Below, in pieces: positions 39,623 to 49,388 of a stretch of 64,000 bases of DNA. The notes below the pieces were generated by a model. That model was not told the DNA's origin and did no database searches. It worked only from the letters and a program-made list of their open reading frames with translations. This DNA is from a virus. The number at the start of each line of letters is the position of its first letter. Position 1 is the stretch's first letter. The position numbers and the translations under genes are program-made. The DNA lies in the IMG/VR virus record IMGVR_UViG_3300049218_000295, positions 64,001 through 128,000 of that record; one strand, 5' to 3'.

Positions 39623-40183
39623 ATGGCAATATGCAGCTTGGTTCCTGCGGGAACAATCAGAAGTTTCGGTGGCGCTCTTCCTACAGGGCATTTGCTTTGT
39701 GATGGTAGCTCCTATTTGACTACGGCTTATCCTGTCCTATTTGCAGCCATCGGCTACACTTGGGGTGGCAGTGGTAGCAATTTCAATGTCCCAGACTTTA
39801 GAGGAAAAGTCCCGATGGGATCAGGACAAGATTCGGCCAATGGTCTTTCAAATAGGACACTGGCGGAATTCACTGGAAATGAAACCCATGCTCTTTCGGT
39901 GGGAGAGTTAGCTTCACACTCACACATCGATGCGGGGCATAGTCACACCGATGCGGGGCATAGTCACAACATGTCCCCTTACGATTACAATACTTATGTG
40001 ACCTCAGGTAGCGGCGGTGGCATTGTCCATTTCAACGTTCGGACCAATTATGGGAATCTCCTTACGGAGAACTCCTCGGCTTCAATTGAGACCTCTTATG
40101 CAAGCCTAGAAAACACCGGTTCCGGTGTTGGTCATAACAATGTTCAGCCATCACTGGTAGTCACGTGTTGTATTAAGTACTAA
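39623..40183 (+). CDS. phage tail-collar domain protein
   Basis: GHLLCDG, VPDFRG, three HSH motifs, HNNVQP. Confidence 0.9.
   Translation: MAICSLVPAGTIRSFGGALPTGHLLCDGSSYLTTAYPVLFAAIGYTWGGSGSNFNVPDFRGKVPMGSGQDSANGLSNRTLAEFTGNETHALSVGELASHSHIDAGHSHTDAGHSHNMSPYDYNTYVTSGSGGGIVHFNVRTNYGNLLTENSSASIETSYASLENTGSGVGHNNVQPSLVVTCCIKY
39928..39968 (+). repeat. tandem duplication with 21-nt period
   Basis: CGATGCGGGGCATAGTCACA occurs twice, encoding DAGHSH twice. Confidence 0.85.
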
Positions 40184-40191
40184 GGACAAAT

Positions 40192-40944
40192 ATGAAGCAG
40201 ACGCAAGTAGCAACCGGAATTGTAATGCAACAAAAACAGCAAGGTCCAAATGTGGTCTTGCCACAGCAGAGCATCGACATTTCCATGTTGCAATCCGGAG
40301 TTCTGCAGTATTTTCTTCCCCCAGGAGCACTGGTGCATTACTGCGGAATCACGATACCAAATGGCTATTTGGCTTGTGACGGCTCGCTTTATGAAGAGAC
40401 TGCTTTTCCAGCTCTTTATGCCGCTATTGGCACTACTTTTAACCTGATCGGGGATGCTGCTGGCTACTTTCGAGTGCCAGACGCTCGCGGTAAGGCTATG
40501 ATTGGGGCTGGTCAGGACACAGCCCGAGGCCTAAGTGCAAGAACACTTGGAGAAATTGTTGGCGAAGAAACTCACACACTTCTGGATACAGAATCGGGGG
40601 TTGCAGCGCACACCCATACTGCTACTGATTCTGGTCACGTCCACGGGGTCACCGACCCTTCGCACAACCATTCCCAAAACAGCCACGGCCACGACTATGG
40701 ACTTGCCCCTTACACTGGGAGCGCAGGCGGGAACCAAGCTTATTATACCCCAACTAGCTCGGGATATAGTCAGGGCATTCCCACAACTTCGGCCACGGCT
40801 TCCAACAACGCAAATGTTACTGGGGTTTCTGTTAACGCTGGTGAGGCCAATGTAACCGTGGCTAATGCTGTCGCGGCACCTGCCGCAAATGCTCATAACA
40901 ACATGCAGCCATCACTTGTAATTCAGCTCATAATTAAATATTAA
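40192..40944 (+). CDS. phage tail-collar domain protein
   Basis: GYLACDG, VPDARG, HxH repeats, HNNMQP. Confidence 0.9.
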   Translation: MKQTQVATGIVMQQKQQGPNVVLPQQSIDISMLQSGVLQYFLPPGALVHYCGITIPNGYLACDGSLYEETAFPALYAAIGTTFNLIGDAAGYFRVPDARGKAMIGAGQDTARGLSARTLGEIVGEETHTLLDTESGVAAHTHTATDSGHVHGVTDPSHNHSQNSHGHDYGLAPYTGSAGGNQAYYTPTSSGYSQGIPTTSATASNNANVTGVSVNAGEANVTVANAVAAPAANAHNNMQPSLVIQLIIKY

Positions 40945-40951
40945 GGAACAA

Positions 40952-41818
40952 ATGCCATTCACGGATACGCCAGACCCAATTACTGCGACACTCACCGACC
41001 TCGGTAGGATGAACTTTGCACGCGTCGCGCATGGGGAAATTTCTTTCGAAGCCACTGGCTTTGCGGTTGGGCAAGGTGGCTACAATATGTCAAACCCTGT
41101 CCAGATCACCGCTATCGACTCCACCCAAACAGGTCTCATTGCTCAATTCTTTCCCGCGCCCCCACCAGTGCAGACTCTTTCTTGTACTCTGACTGTTGGG
41201 AGCAATGCGGTCGTCACAACCAGCACCGCAAACCTCAGCCCTGGATTTATTATTGGCGGGATTGGTATTCCACCAAATACTACAGTGACGGCAGTGACAT
41301 CGATAACTACCTTCTCGATGAGCAAAACAGTAATACCCCAATACAGCTTCACGGTCGTTGCGGCCAATGCTACTGCGGGGGCCATTTACACCAGCAACTC
41401 CAACTCCTTTACAGTAGTGTCCTCCATTATCGGTGCCACAACACTTGTTTGTAATGGTACCGGAGCACCTACACCACCAACCGGTACACTCACTAAGGTC
41501 TCCGGTCTGGGAGACGCTACCATCACCTATTCTGCTGTCAATGCAGCTAGTGGGTCGCAAACTCTAACTTTTTCCAACTTACAGCCCCTCGCCGACATCG
41601 AATACCCAACACCGAAGACTGCGGTGATGAATTGCCGTCTATCAAGTAGCCAAGCAGTGACGGCTCTTGGCGAACTAGGAATTTGGGCCACGATAGTTAG
41701 CTCCAACACTACGCCAGCGGAAATCGGAACAACATTCTTAATGGCAGTGGCGCATTTTCCGATTATGACCAAAACTTTAAAGCAGGTAATCGTCTATCGA
41801 GTGGTCATACAATTCTAA
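40952..41818 (+). CDS. tail-fibre attachment protein; paralog of 22542 with a ~135-aa insert
   Basis: ATLTDLGR...GELGIWA...FLMAVAHFP flank an inserted segment. Confidence 0.65.
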   Translation: MPFTDTPDPITATLTDLGRMNFARVAHGEISFEATGFAVGQGGYNMSNPVQITAIDSTQTGLIAQFFPAPPPVQTLSCTLTVGSNAVVTTSTANLSPGFIIGGIGIPPNTTVTAVTSITTFSMSKTVIPQYSFTVVAANATAGAIYTSNSNSFTVVSSIIGATTLVCNGTGAPTPPTGTLTKVSGLGDATITYSAVNAASGSQTLTFSNLQPLADIEYPTPKTAVMNCRLSSSQAVTALGELGIWATIVSSNTTPAEIGTTFLMAVAHFPIMTKTLKQVIVYRVVIQF

Positions 41819-41828
41819 GGAATAGTCT

Positions 41829-43238
41829 ATGGGTCTTTTGCGCGACATCGAAAATATCGTCAACAACAGCATTAACACCTATTCGCATGTCAAGGTTTTC
41901 CCCAGAGGCTTGCCTTTCTTCCAGGACTCTCTACTCCGAGGAACCGTCCGCTTCGGAAAGCGAACTGGCAACAGCATCGCTACTATCAACCCTGACAACA
42001 CTCAATATTTTGGAGCGGCAGCAAGCGTCAATGATACCCAAATTACGCTTTTATATCCCTCCCAATGGTTTGATGTGGCTTGCATTTTGTCGCTTGGTCC
42101 AGGTGAAGAACTGGCTCAGATTGTGGATGTCAGCGATGAGCAGATTCTCACACTTCAAGATCCGATTGGAAATTCCTACACCACGGACCTAGACAATCAA
42201 ATTCTGCTCTGGGCTTTCCCACTCGTCATGCACACCGACGCCGCCGAGGGTGCAACAAGTATCACGGTAAGATCGCACTATCCTCTTGGCAACGGTGAAG
42301 TATTTACATACATGCAGACTCCCGGACTACTGGAATCACTGTTTGAAATTGACGTTCTCACCGCCACTTACAATGGGACTTCTGCGGATCTCTACTATAC
42401 TTCAATTTATACTTTGACACTGGCCAAACCTCTACCTAGTGCTCTCATTCAAGAGAGTCAAGTTTATCACCGTGCTTATCCAGCTTACTTCTCCCAGCCC
42501 GTCCCAGTTCCTTTATCGATTAACTCTGCGGAACCAGTTGGACCGTTTCTTCTCGACTTGCTTAGCGGTAAGATTATTGAGGGTTCCAGCGTTAAAGAGA
42601 CTTTTGCAGTTTGCACCTTGAATGCTTCTGGTGATTACGTCCTAGGAAACTCCGACGGCTTCGTCACTGTCCCCAAGAATACAGTGATCCTAGAGAGGCA
42701 AGTCTCTTCCGATTTCCCAATGTTCTGGGAGCTAGCGGAAGGGACGATGCGGCTCACTCCAAACAGCAGCGTCTTTATTGTAAACCAGGATGTTAACCGA
42801 CTCTTTTTCTGTTGTGGGACTCGTTGTATTCCAAATTGGCAGGCCAATGGCAATAGCTGGCGGCTAACTCTACAGGCAACCGATAGCTGCACGGTAAATT
42901 TCTTTTTCCATCCTTACCCCGTTCAATCTTTTTCGTGTCCGGCGGGTGCAACAGTGAACGCGATTGTCACAATACCGGTTGGTACTGATCCTGTTACCGA
43001 AATAGAAATCAATGTTCTTGGTCAATCCGAAATTTGCCAAGTTGAAATGTCTGATTGGACGCCTGTAGGTAATACGGTTACCCAAATTCAGTACAGCCTA
43101 GTCGCCCAGGCCACCGGAATTGCGACGTATCAATCGACTGGTTTGGTAGTTAAACCCTTTTTCCTAAGCGTCGACTTCTTGCAGGCAACTTACGACCAGG
43201 AAAATACCACCTATGACGGTGGCAAAGTCTACTTCTAA
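41829..43238 (+). CDS. hypothetical virion protein
   Basis: 469-aa beta-rich ORF in the tail operon. Confidence 0.7.
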   Translation: MGLLRDIENIVNNSINTYSHVKVFPRGLPFFQDSLLRGTVRFGKRTGNSIATINPDNTQYFGAAASVNDTQITLLYPSQWFDVACILSLGPGEELAQIVDVSDEQILTLQDPIGNSYTTDLDNQILLWAFPLVMHTDAAEGATSITVRSHYPLGNGEVFTYMQTPGLLESLFEIDVLTATYNGTSADLYYTSIYTLTLAKPLPSALIQESQVYHRAYPAYFSQPVPVPLSINSAEPVGPFLLDLLSGKIIEGSSVKETFAVCTLNASGDYVLGNSDGFVTVPKNTVILERQVSSDFPMFWELAEGTMRLTPNSSVFIVNQDVNRLFFCCGTRCIPNWQANGNSWRLTLQATDSCTVNFFFHPYPVQSFSCPAGATVNAIVTIPVGTDPVTEIEINVLGQSEICQVEMSDWTPVGNTVTQIQYSLVAQATGIATYQSTGLVVKPFFLSVDFLQATYDQENTTYDGGKVYF

Positions 43239-43250
43239 AGGAGAGAGTCT

Positions 43251-43538
43251 ATGAAGATTTATCAAATTGGTGATGAAATTCCGGATGAGGAAGTTAAAGC
43301 CCCTGATGCAGATAAGGTCCTTACTGTGGACTCGCTGCGAGCCAAGCTTCACGAAATGAGCATTATGGCAGATATTGAGACTCGGTCCAATGACGTTTTG
43401 GTGCGGGTCCTCGATAACATCGGTACCGGACAATTTTTGGCCAACGCCGTGGATGACCACTTCTGGCTCAAAAGCAAAGCTTACAAAACAGAGCGCCGTG
43501 GAACTTCGGTGGTTTATTTCCTGAAAATGGATAAGTGA
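43251..43538 (+). CDS. hypothetical protein
   Basis: SD AAGGAG. Confidence 0.7.
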   Translation: MKIYQIGDEIPDEEVKAPDADKVLTVDSLRAKLHEMSIMADIETRSNDVLVRVLDNIGTGQFLANAVDDHFWLKSKAYKTERRGTSVVYFLKMDK

Positions 43539-43846
43539 ACAGCAAATTCATTCCGACCATTATCATCGTGCAGGAGCTTCACACCGAGTATCGCGGCTAT
43601 ACTCTGCAGGGCCGAGAATTTGTTCTGAAGCACCCTCAGCCTCGTAAAGATGAGGGCATCTTTATGGATGGGGCCAAGGTGGTTGATGAATACTGGGTTG
43701 TCAGCAAAGAAGAGTACATGCGGGTGGTTCCTGAAGCTAGGAACCAGGATTTCGATTCGGAAGAAATTTATATACCAACTTTCGTAGCAAGGCTTTCATT
43801 CCGCCCGTGCTACGTAAAGTCTTCGGCTCAAACACTCCTGGAGTAG
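43535..43846 (+). CDS. hypothetical protein
   Basis: GTGA-coupled to the upstream gene. Confidence 0.6.
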   Translation: MNSKFIPTIIIVQELHTEYRGYTLQGREFVLKHPQPRKDEGIFMDGAKVVDEYWVVSKEEYMRVVPEARNQDFDSEEIYIPTFVARLSFRPCYVKSSAQTLLE

Positions 43847-44036
43847 AGCGGACCACCTGCCATACTCCTGGTTCGCGTGTTTCATGAGCTTCTAGACTGA
43901 AACCGCACTTGGAACAATTCACATGCTCTCGGAGCAGGACAGAACAATTCTTGCGTTTCAAGGGTTCTCCGCAAACGCAAACACTAGGATTAAATTTGTA
44001 AGCTTCGCCGTTGTGAATTATCGTGTCCATGTCCAT
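43737..44036 (-). CDS. small zinc-ribbon protein
   Basis: CVCG...CSKCG; preceded by a sigma70 promoter. Confidence 0.55.
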   Translation of the reverse strand: MDMDTIIHNGEAYKFNPSVCVCGEPLKRKNCSVLLREHVNCSKCGFSLEAHETREPGVWQVVRSTPGVFEPKTLRSTGGMKALLRKLVYKFLPNRNPGS

Positions 44037-44067
44037 CCGTTCTTTTATGGTGTTATGCGTCTGCTGC

Positions 44068-44096
44068 AAAATAGCATGATGGGAGCACGGTGTCAA
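44068..44096 (-). promoter_or_regulatory. sigma70-type promoter
   Basis: TTGACA-17 nt-TATTTT with TG extension. Confidence 0.65.
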
Positions 44097-44124
44097 TAAA
44101 TGTAGTCTACAGCGAAACTCATAT

Positions 44125-44131
44125 TTATCTT
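44125..44131 (+). promoter_or_regulatory. TTATCTT putative late-promoter element
   Basis: Intergenic, upstream of the tubulin gene. Confidence 0.5.
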
Positions 44132-44173
44132 TAAGCTTGAGTTACACAGAGTAATATTCTAAGGAGTCTATAC

Positions 44174-45412
44174 ATGAGCTTTGATATTGATGTGCCGGAG
44201 AACACTTCTCAACCACAACAGGCAGCGCCAGTCACTCCTGCCGCAACCCTTCCAGCCCAAGGGACGTCAGTGGACCTACCAGACTTAGAAATGGCGGGAC
44301 CCCGCACCAAAGCGGCCTATGTGGTTGAACCCGACCAGAAAGAACTAGCTGTCAAATTTGGAATCATTGGTTCTGGTCAAGGTGGTTCTCGCTTAGCTGA
44401 TACTTTCTACCAACTTGGCTATCGTCGGGTGTGTGCAATCAATACAACTCACCAAGATTTTTTGGGGCTTGAAATTCCAGTTAAGAACCAAAAAGTTCTT
44501 GAAGAATCTGAAGGCGGAGCGGGTAAGGACATTAAGAAGGGCGAAGAAGCACTTTCTCATGCTACCGAGGAAGTGATGAACCTTATGCGCCACTCTTTCG
44601 GTGAAGATATTGAACACATTATGGTCTGCGTCGGCGCAGGCGGCGGCACAGGAACTGGCACGGCTCTTGGCCTTGTCAAACTCGCACGCTACTACATGAG
44701 ACAGCTTAACAAACCCGAAAAGGTTGGGATGATAGTTTCCCTCCCCAAATTTATTGAAGGCGGTAAAGTCCAGGCTAATGCTCATGAACTGCTTACTGCT
44801 TTGGCTCCGGAAGCCGCTTTGGCCAAATTGGGTCCAGATGCCTCAGGCAGTCGCCTCTCCCCTTTTGTCTTGGTAGACAACGAAAGCATTCACCAAATGT
44901 TTCCCGATGTCTCGGCCAAAAAATTCTGGCAGACCGCCAATCGCAATGCCATTGGACTCTTTGACATTTTCAACGTTCTTGCGGCCCAGAAGTCGGCATA
45001 CCACACTTTTGACCGAGCAGACTACCGTAACATGTTGGACTCTGGGGTCCTCATTTTCGGGGCAACAAAGCTCGACTCTTACAAAAGTGACACCGACATT
45101 TCGGATGGCCTGCGCACCAACTTAAAGAGGACTCTCCTCGCGGATGTTGACATCACCACGGCAACCCACGTTGCTGGGATTTTGGCAGCCCCAGATGCAA
45201 TTCTTGAAATTTTGCCACAATCACACATTGACCTTGCTTTTGCTACCTTAGAGCGCATCTTAAGTGGCGAGGGTAGAAATCTAACTGTTCATCAAGGTGT
45301 CTACGAAGCCTCCCCCAACAAGATGGGACTTTTTCTCTACACCATGGTGGGCGGATTGACAATACCACAAAAACGGCTTGCCATTATGAAGGCCCGATCC
45401 GGTACAGTGTAA
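44174..45412 (+). CDS. tubulin/FtsZ-family GTPase (PhuZ/TubZ-like)
   Basis: GSGQGG, GGAGKD, tubulin signature GAGGGTGTG, VDN, T7-like FDRADY; SD AAGGAG. Confidence 0.9.
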   Translation: MSFDIDVPENTSQPQQAAPVTPAATLPAQGTSVDLPDLEMAGPRTKAAYVVEPDQKELAVKFGIIGSGQGGSRLADTFYQLGYRRVCAINTTHQDFLGLEIPVKNQKVLEESEGGAGKDIKKGEEALSHATEEVMNLMRHSFGEDIEHIMVCVGAGGGTGTGTALGLVKLARYYMRQLNKPEKVGMIVSLPKFIEGGKVQANAHELLTALAPEAALAKLGPDASGSRLSPFVLVDNESIHQMFPDVSAKKFWQTANRNAIGLFDIFNVLAAQKSAYHTFDRADYRNMLDSGVLIFGATKLDSYKSDTDISDGLRTNLKRTLLADVDITTATHVAGILAAPDAILEILPQSHIDLAFATLERILSGEGRNLTVHQGVYEASPNKMGLFLYTMVGGLTIPQKRLAIMKARSGTV

Positions 45413-45435
45413 GCTTACTCTCTTAGGTGGATTAA

Positions 45436-47973
45436 ATGAACCTTGAAGGCCTAAATTACGATAGCAAGTTGAGCATTGATGACCTAACCTTCAATGCAAG
45501 TGTTCAGGAGCAAGCTATTCTTGACCGAACCACCATCATTTTTGGTGGTGGAACACAAGAAGGCGCTCCGATTCTCCCGACTCCGCAGTACGGGATCAAC
45601 CCCGCCAAAATCATCGCGAGTGATACAACCAGGCCACTACTAGTAACGGCTGATACCAACACTGCCCTTACAATTGATGTCAATCCAGGAACAACTGTCT
45701 CACCTAACGGGTGCATTTGTACGGTCCCCACGGCGATCCAGGCTTTACAGCTCGCAAGGACCCTGGTGGGTGATATCATAGTTGTCTACACTCAAAACCA
45801 AATTGTAGATAGCGCCCCAGTTCGAATTACTCGGTATGGCGTAGCCGAGCCTGTGCGCAGAACGCAGAATACACAAATCGTGAACTCAGCCCTGCTTTCA
45901 GACTTCACCAACCCCGTTTTATTTCCGCCTTCGGTCATGCAGAACATCGTGAGTTTGGCGGTGGTTACGGTGGTGCAGACTCAGACTGGCTTAGAACTGC
46001 AAATCGACCTTTCGGCTTCAACCTATGTTTTCAACCGCCCCTGGTATTCACCGGTGGATGTCCAACATCGTTCTTATCTCGGTACTGGTGTTGCCACAGA
46101 GAACAACCCTCACGCCACTTCATTTAATGACTTGTCTTCCGGGAACTTGACCTTATATCAAGAAGTCCTGCCCTATGGAATGGTACAATCTCGGGATGAT
46201 GCTTTCAAGGGAATGCCGGGCTATTCCTGTACAGAAACTGTAACTCCTTCCCGCATTCTGACCGACACTGGCGGCACGATCACCGCACAATCTCGCTTTG
46301 GTGGGGTGGGAGCACAATATGTTGTGCTTTCGGCTTACCCATGGGCCATGGGCTCCATGTATTCGATCTCTTCGCTATCGAGAGAAATTGCTTTTGATTG
46401 GATCAAAGGCACCAGAATTTTGGTGCTACCAGCAAGTGAAGTTCTTACTGAAGATGCCATTATTGCATACACACGTGTCACTGCACTCGAACCACCGGCC
46501 TCTCTTCTATCAAACACCATTACGCTCGGACAGCCTAATATTTCCGAAGAGCTTATTTACACAGGTGGACTAGCCGTTTCCACCCTCACCAACCCAAGTA
46601 TTGCTTATGACGGCTCTGGTCCTGTTCCTAGGAACTTCACTATTTATGCGAATAGTGACGGCTCTTTACTCAGTTCCCCTGGAATCCTTCAGCCAACGGT
46701 GACGTTAGATGCCATTGGAACTAATATTAATGCACTCACAATTGCACAGTTTGGACCTGCACACCTTTCTGTTGGTCTTGCCAATGCTGTTTCTGGCCCC
46801 AACCTATCTGTAGTTATCACTCTGTACGGTGTGGATAACGACAACAACAATATCCAAGAAACTGTGACTTTCGGTTCTTCCTGGGTGCCAGCCTCTTTGC
46901 CAGGCACCGAAAATCTTAACCAGTACATCGTGACCAACAATGTTTTTGCAAGCTTAACGGGCTACCAGGTCGTTTCCCGCGCTAACGACGGACCAAACTC
47001 CCAAATCATCATTTACGCTGAGTACCAATCCGAGATTACTCCGGCTCTAAACAATTTGGCACAAGCTGTTGGTGTTGCTTGGAGTGGCCTTTCTATTTCT
47101 TCGGTTGTCGATCTCCGCCATGTGGTTAGGGCAATTCCCGAAATTCCCAACCGTTATCAAGCCATTGGGGAAGCTTATGGAATCGGTGGAACCAGCCCCA
47201 CTTTCTTATTAAGCGAAGATTTTGCTGCTCCTCAACACCAAGAGACAACTACGGGAAGCCAAGCCGCTACATCCGCCACTTTCAATATTGACATCAACGA
47301 TTTCAGTCTGATTCAGACTAGCGACACCATCACCTTACCAAATGGTTCAACACTATCTCCCGTCTTAGCTCCGTCCATCCCAAATCGGACGCTTGGTCAG
47401 TTTCTTGCTTCGGTCTCAAATCAATCAACTCGGGACGACATGATTGCGACTCTGAATTACTCTGGTTTTAGCAGCGGGGTTACTGCCGTCGCTGACATAA
47501 ACTCCAACGTGGCCCAGGTCGACTGCACTTCCACGACAAAGGGCTCTGCTGGTAATGGTACAGTTACAACTTCCTTGGCAAACCCCAATTGTATTACGAC
47601 CTCCGGGGCGGCAGTTGGTGGTTACGACACTTTCGGCCAAATTCACCTGGTGCGCCACTGGGATTACATCAATAGCACTATTCCTTCTTCATCCGTTTAC
47701 GAAGTGTCTTACTTGCAGTCTCGTTACCAATCACGAGCTATTGCTACTGACGGAATGAATAATTTGATGCTCGTGGCCTACGGTGTTCCACAACCCTACG
47801 CCAGCAAACTTCAAGTAAGAATGCGGGTCGCACAGGGAACCTTCGACTGGAACCCTTGGCAAGTGGTTACAGGCAATGGAAACAGCTATACTTTGAGCGC
47901 TCCTGGGGTAACAAAGGTCCAAATAGAACTATTTGGTCGCTGCTCCGGGTTCTCTTTATATGAGTGGAACTAA
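45436..47973 (+). CDS. large virion structural protein
   Basis: 845 aa, Thr/Ser-rich; HRSYLGTG...NPHA motif; sheath-like insert near the C-terminus. Confidence 0.7.
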   Translation: MNLEGLNYDSKLSIDDLTFNASVQEQAILDRTTIIFGGGTQEGAPILPTPQYGINPAKIIASDTTRPLLVTADTNTALTIDVNPGTTVSPNGCICTVPTAIQALQLARTLVGDIIVVYTQNQIVDSAPVRITRYGVAEPVRRTQNTQIVNSALLSDFTNPVLFPPSVMQNIVSLAVVTVVQTQTGLELQIDLSASTYVFNRPWYSPVDVQHRSYLGTGVATENNPHATSFNDLSSGNLTLYQEVLPYGMVQSRDDAFKGMPGYSCTETVTPSRILTDTGGTITAQSRFGGVGAQYVVLSAYPWAMGSMYSISSLSREIAFDWIKGTRILVLPASEVLTEDAIIAYTRVTALEPPASLLSNTITLGQPNISEELIYTGGLAVSTLTNPSIAYDGSGPVPRNFTIYANSDGSLLSSPGILQPTVTLDAIGTNINALTIAQFGPAHLSVGLANAVSGPNLSVVITLYGVDNDNNNIQETVTFGSSWVPASLPGTENLNQYIVTNNVFASLTGYQVVSRANDGPNSQIIIYAEYQSEITPALNNLAQAVGVAWSGLSISSVVDLRHVVRAIPEIPNRYQAIGEAYGIGGTSPTFLLSEDFAAPQHQETTTGSQAATSATFNIDINDFSLIQTSDTITLPNGSTLSPVLAPSIPNRTLGQFLASVSNQSTRDDMIATLNYSGFSSGVTAVADINSNVAQVDCTSTTKGSAGNGTVTTSLANPNCITTSGAAVGGYDTFGQIHLVRHWDYINSTIPSSSVYEVSYLQSRYQSRAIATDGMNNLMLVAYGVPQPYASKLQVRMRVAQGTFDWNPWQVVTGNGNSYTLSAPGVTKVQIELFGRCSGFSLYEWN

Positions 47974-47976
47974 TCG

Positions 47977-48876
47977 ATGACACAAAGTAGAATTCAGGAT
48001 TATGGCTCGCCGGTAGTAGCCCAAACTTTGAAAACGATGAACAAGTCGTTCGTCACTTCTGCCATTCTTTCTGGCAATCAATTCCTCGTTAATGGGGTCA
48101 ACCGCCTTCAAATCAACCCTGGAACTGCGGTCACCGACCAAGGTGTGCTCATCATTGAGAGTGAGATTAAGTATCTATCAATTCCAACTTCGGCAAACCC
48201 CGTCAGTTACACGGTTTACTACTACCATGTTGACCAACAGGTTACCGGTGGCGTGGCAGCGGTTTTGACCCTCGATTCCGGGATTTTGACCCCCGCTGTG
48301 GTCCAGGGTGTAATCCTCGGCTACATCATTTACCCTGGTGGCGGTGTGAACCTTGATGCCACAATGTTTATTCAGCCTCCGGCGCTGCAAATTGGGTCTT
48401 CGGCACCAACCGAAAACAGCGCTAACTGGATTATTCCCATTAAAAACCAGGGCTATCTCATTACTGCCCAAACGGGCGGCTCCATCACTTTCACAGACGT
48501 TTTTGATACATCGGCAACAATTCCGCAAGTATATTCGCGCATCATTAACAACACAACCACAGTTGGCACGATTACTATTGTTTATCCTTTCAAAGTTTAC
48601 GACATTCCCTACTACAAACTCCAAATAAACATGGGAGTGGATGTAAACGCAACCGTTAACCCATCGTTCATTGACTCTGGCGGCACATCAACAGTTTTGA
48701 CTCTGACCCCAATTACCGGAACCACAAACCTGACCTTCCAGGAGTACACGCTTCCCGCAGGTTCGGTCCAAACACCAAATTCGTTAGTTTATATCATGTT
48801 TGAAATTCAGGAATCACCAGGAAGGCAAGTTATTCTACAGTCTCTAGGACTGTCGCAGTATAACATACCATCCTAA
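47977..48876 (+). CDS. hypothetical virion protein
   Basis: LQINPGTAVTDQG N-terminal domain loosely similar to the fibre A/B N-termini. Confidence 0.65.
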   Translation: MTQSRIQDYGSPVVAQTLKTMNKSFVTSAILSGNQFLVNGVNRLQINPGTAVTDQGVLIIESEIKYLSIPTSANPVSYTVYYYHVDQQVTGGVAAVLTLDSGILTPAVVQGVILGYIIYPGGGVNLDATMFIQPPALQIGSSAPTENSANWIIPIKNQGYLITAQTGGSITFTDVFDTSATIPQVYSRIINNTTTVGTITIVYPFKVYDIPYYKLQINMGVDVNATVNPSFIDSGGTSTVLTLTPITGTTNLTFQEYTLPAGSVQTPNSLVYIMFEIQESPGRQVILQSLGLSQYNIPS

Positions 48877-48896
48877 CAGTCTAGTGAGGAAAGTCT

Positions 48897-49388
48897 ATGT
48901 CTGATCGTTCTCCTTTTGAAGGGCTCTACGTTATCGCCAAGTTCTACATGTCAAAGGCTCCGGATGGGACTATCCATTGCATCTCCCGAAGTCTCGGGAA
49001 GCTGAGTATTGTTGAACCGGCCCAGGAAAGCAAAGTCAAACATAAAGAGGTTTGGCTCTGTCGAATCCAAAAAGAAATCAAGCCCGGACTGAATCGCGGA
49101 GCTTTTATCTTGGATGCGATTAAAAAAGTCGAGGACCCAGAGGCCCAAATTAAGAAGATCATTCCAGGTTTCTATGACCTTCAAGCGGTAGGCAAGGCAG
49201 CAATGGTTCGGCCAAACTCCGACCCCGATGCTTATTGGATGCTCTCCAAAGTGACCCGCCAGATTTTCTCGAGCAAATACTACGCCGTGGTGGTCCCTAT
49301 CCAGTACCAACCTGATGGAACAGTTTTTGATATTGAAAATGAGGAAGAAACAGAAAATGCCCTGCATAAGGTTCCGGAGCAATTATGA
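48897..49388 (+). CDS. hypothetical protein
   Basis: 163-aa ORF with SD GAGG. Confidence 0.7.
   Translation: MSDRSPFEGLYVIAKFYMSKAPDGTIHCISRSLGKLSIVEPAQESKVKHKEVWLCRIQKEIKPGLNRGAFILDAIKKVEDPEAQIKKIIPGFYDLQAVGKAAMVRPNSDPDAYWMLSKVTRQIFSSKYYAVVVPIQYQPDGTVFDIENEEETENALHKVPEQL

Noticed and set aside
14401-48876. Bacterial extracellular contractile injection system or prophage
   Set aside because: Clamp loader, tubulin, RNA ligase, tRNAs, many small orphan genes and the absence of a host housekeeping operon or integrase favour a large phage genome.
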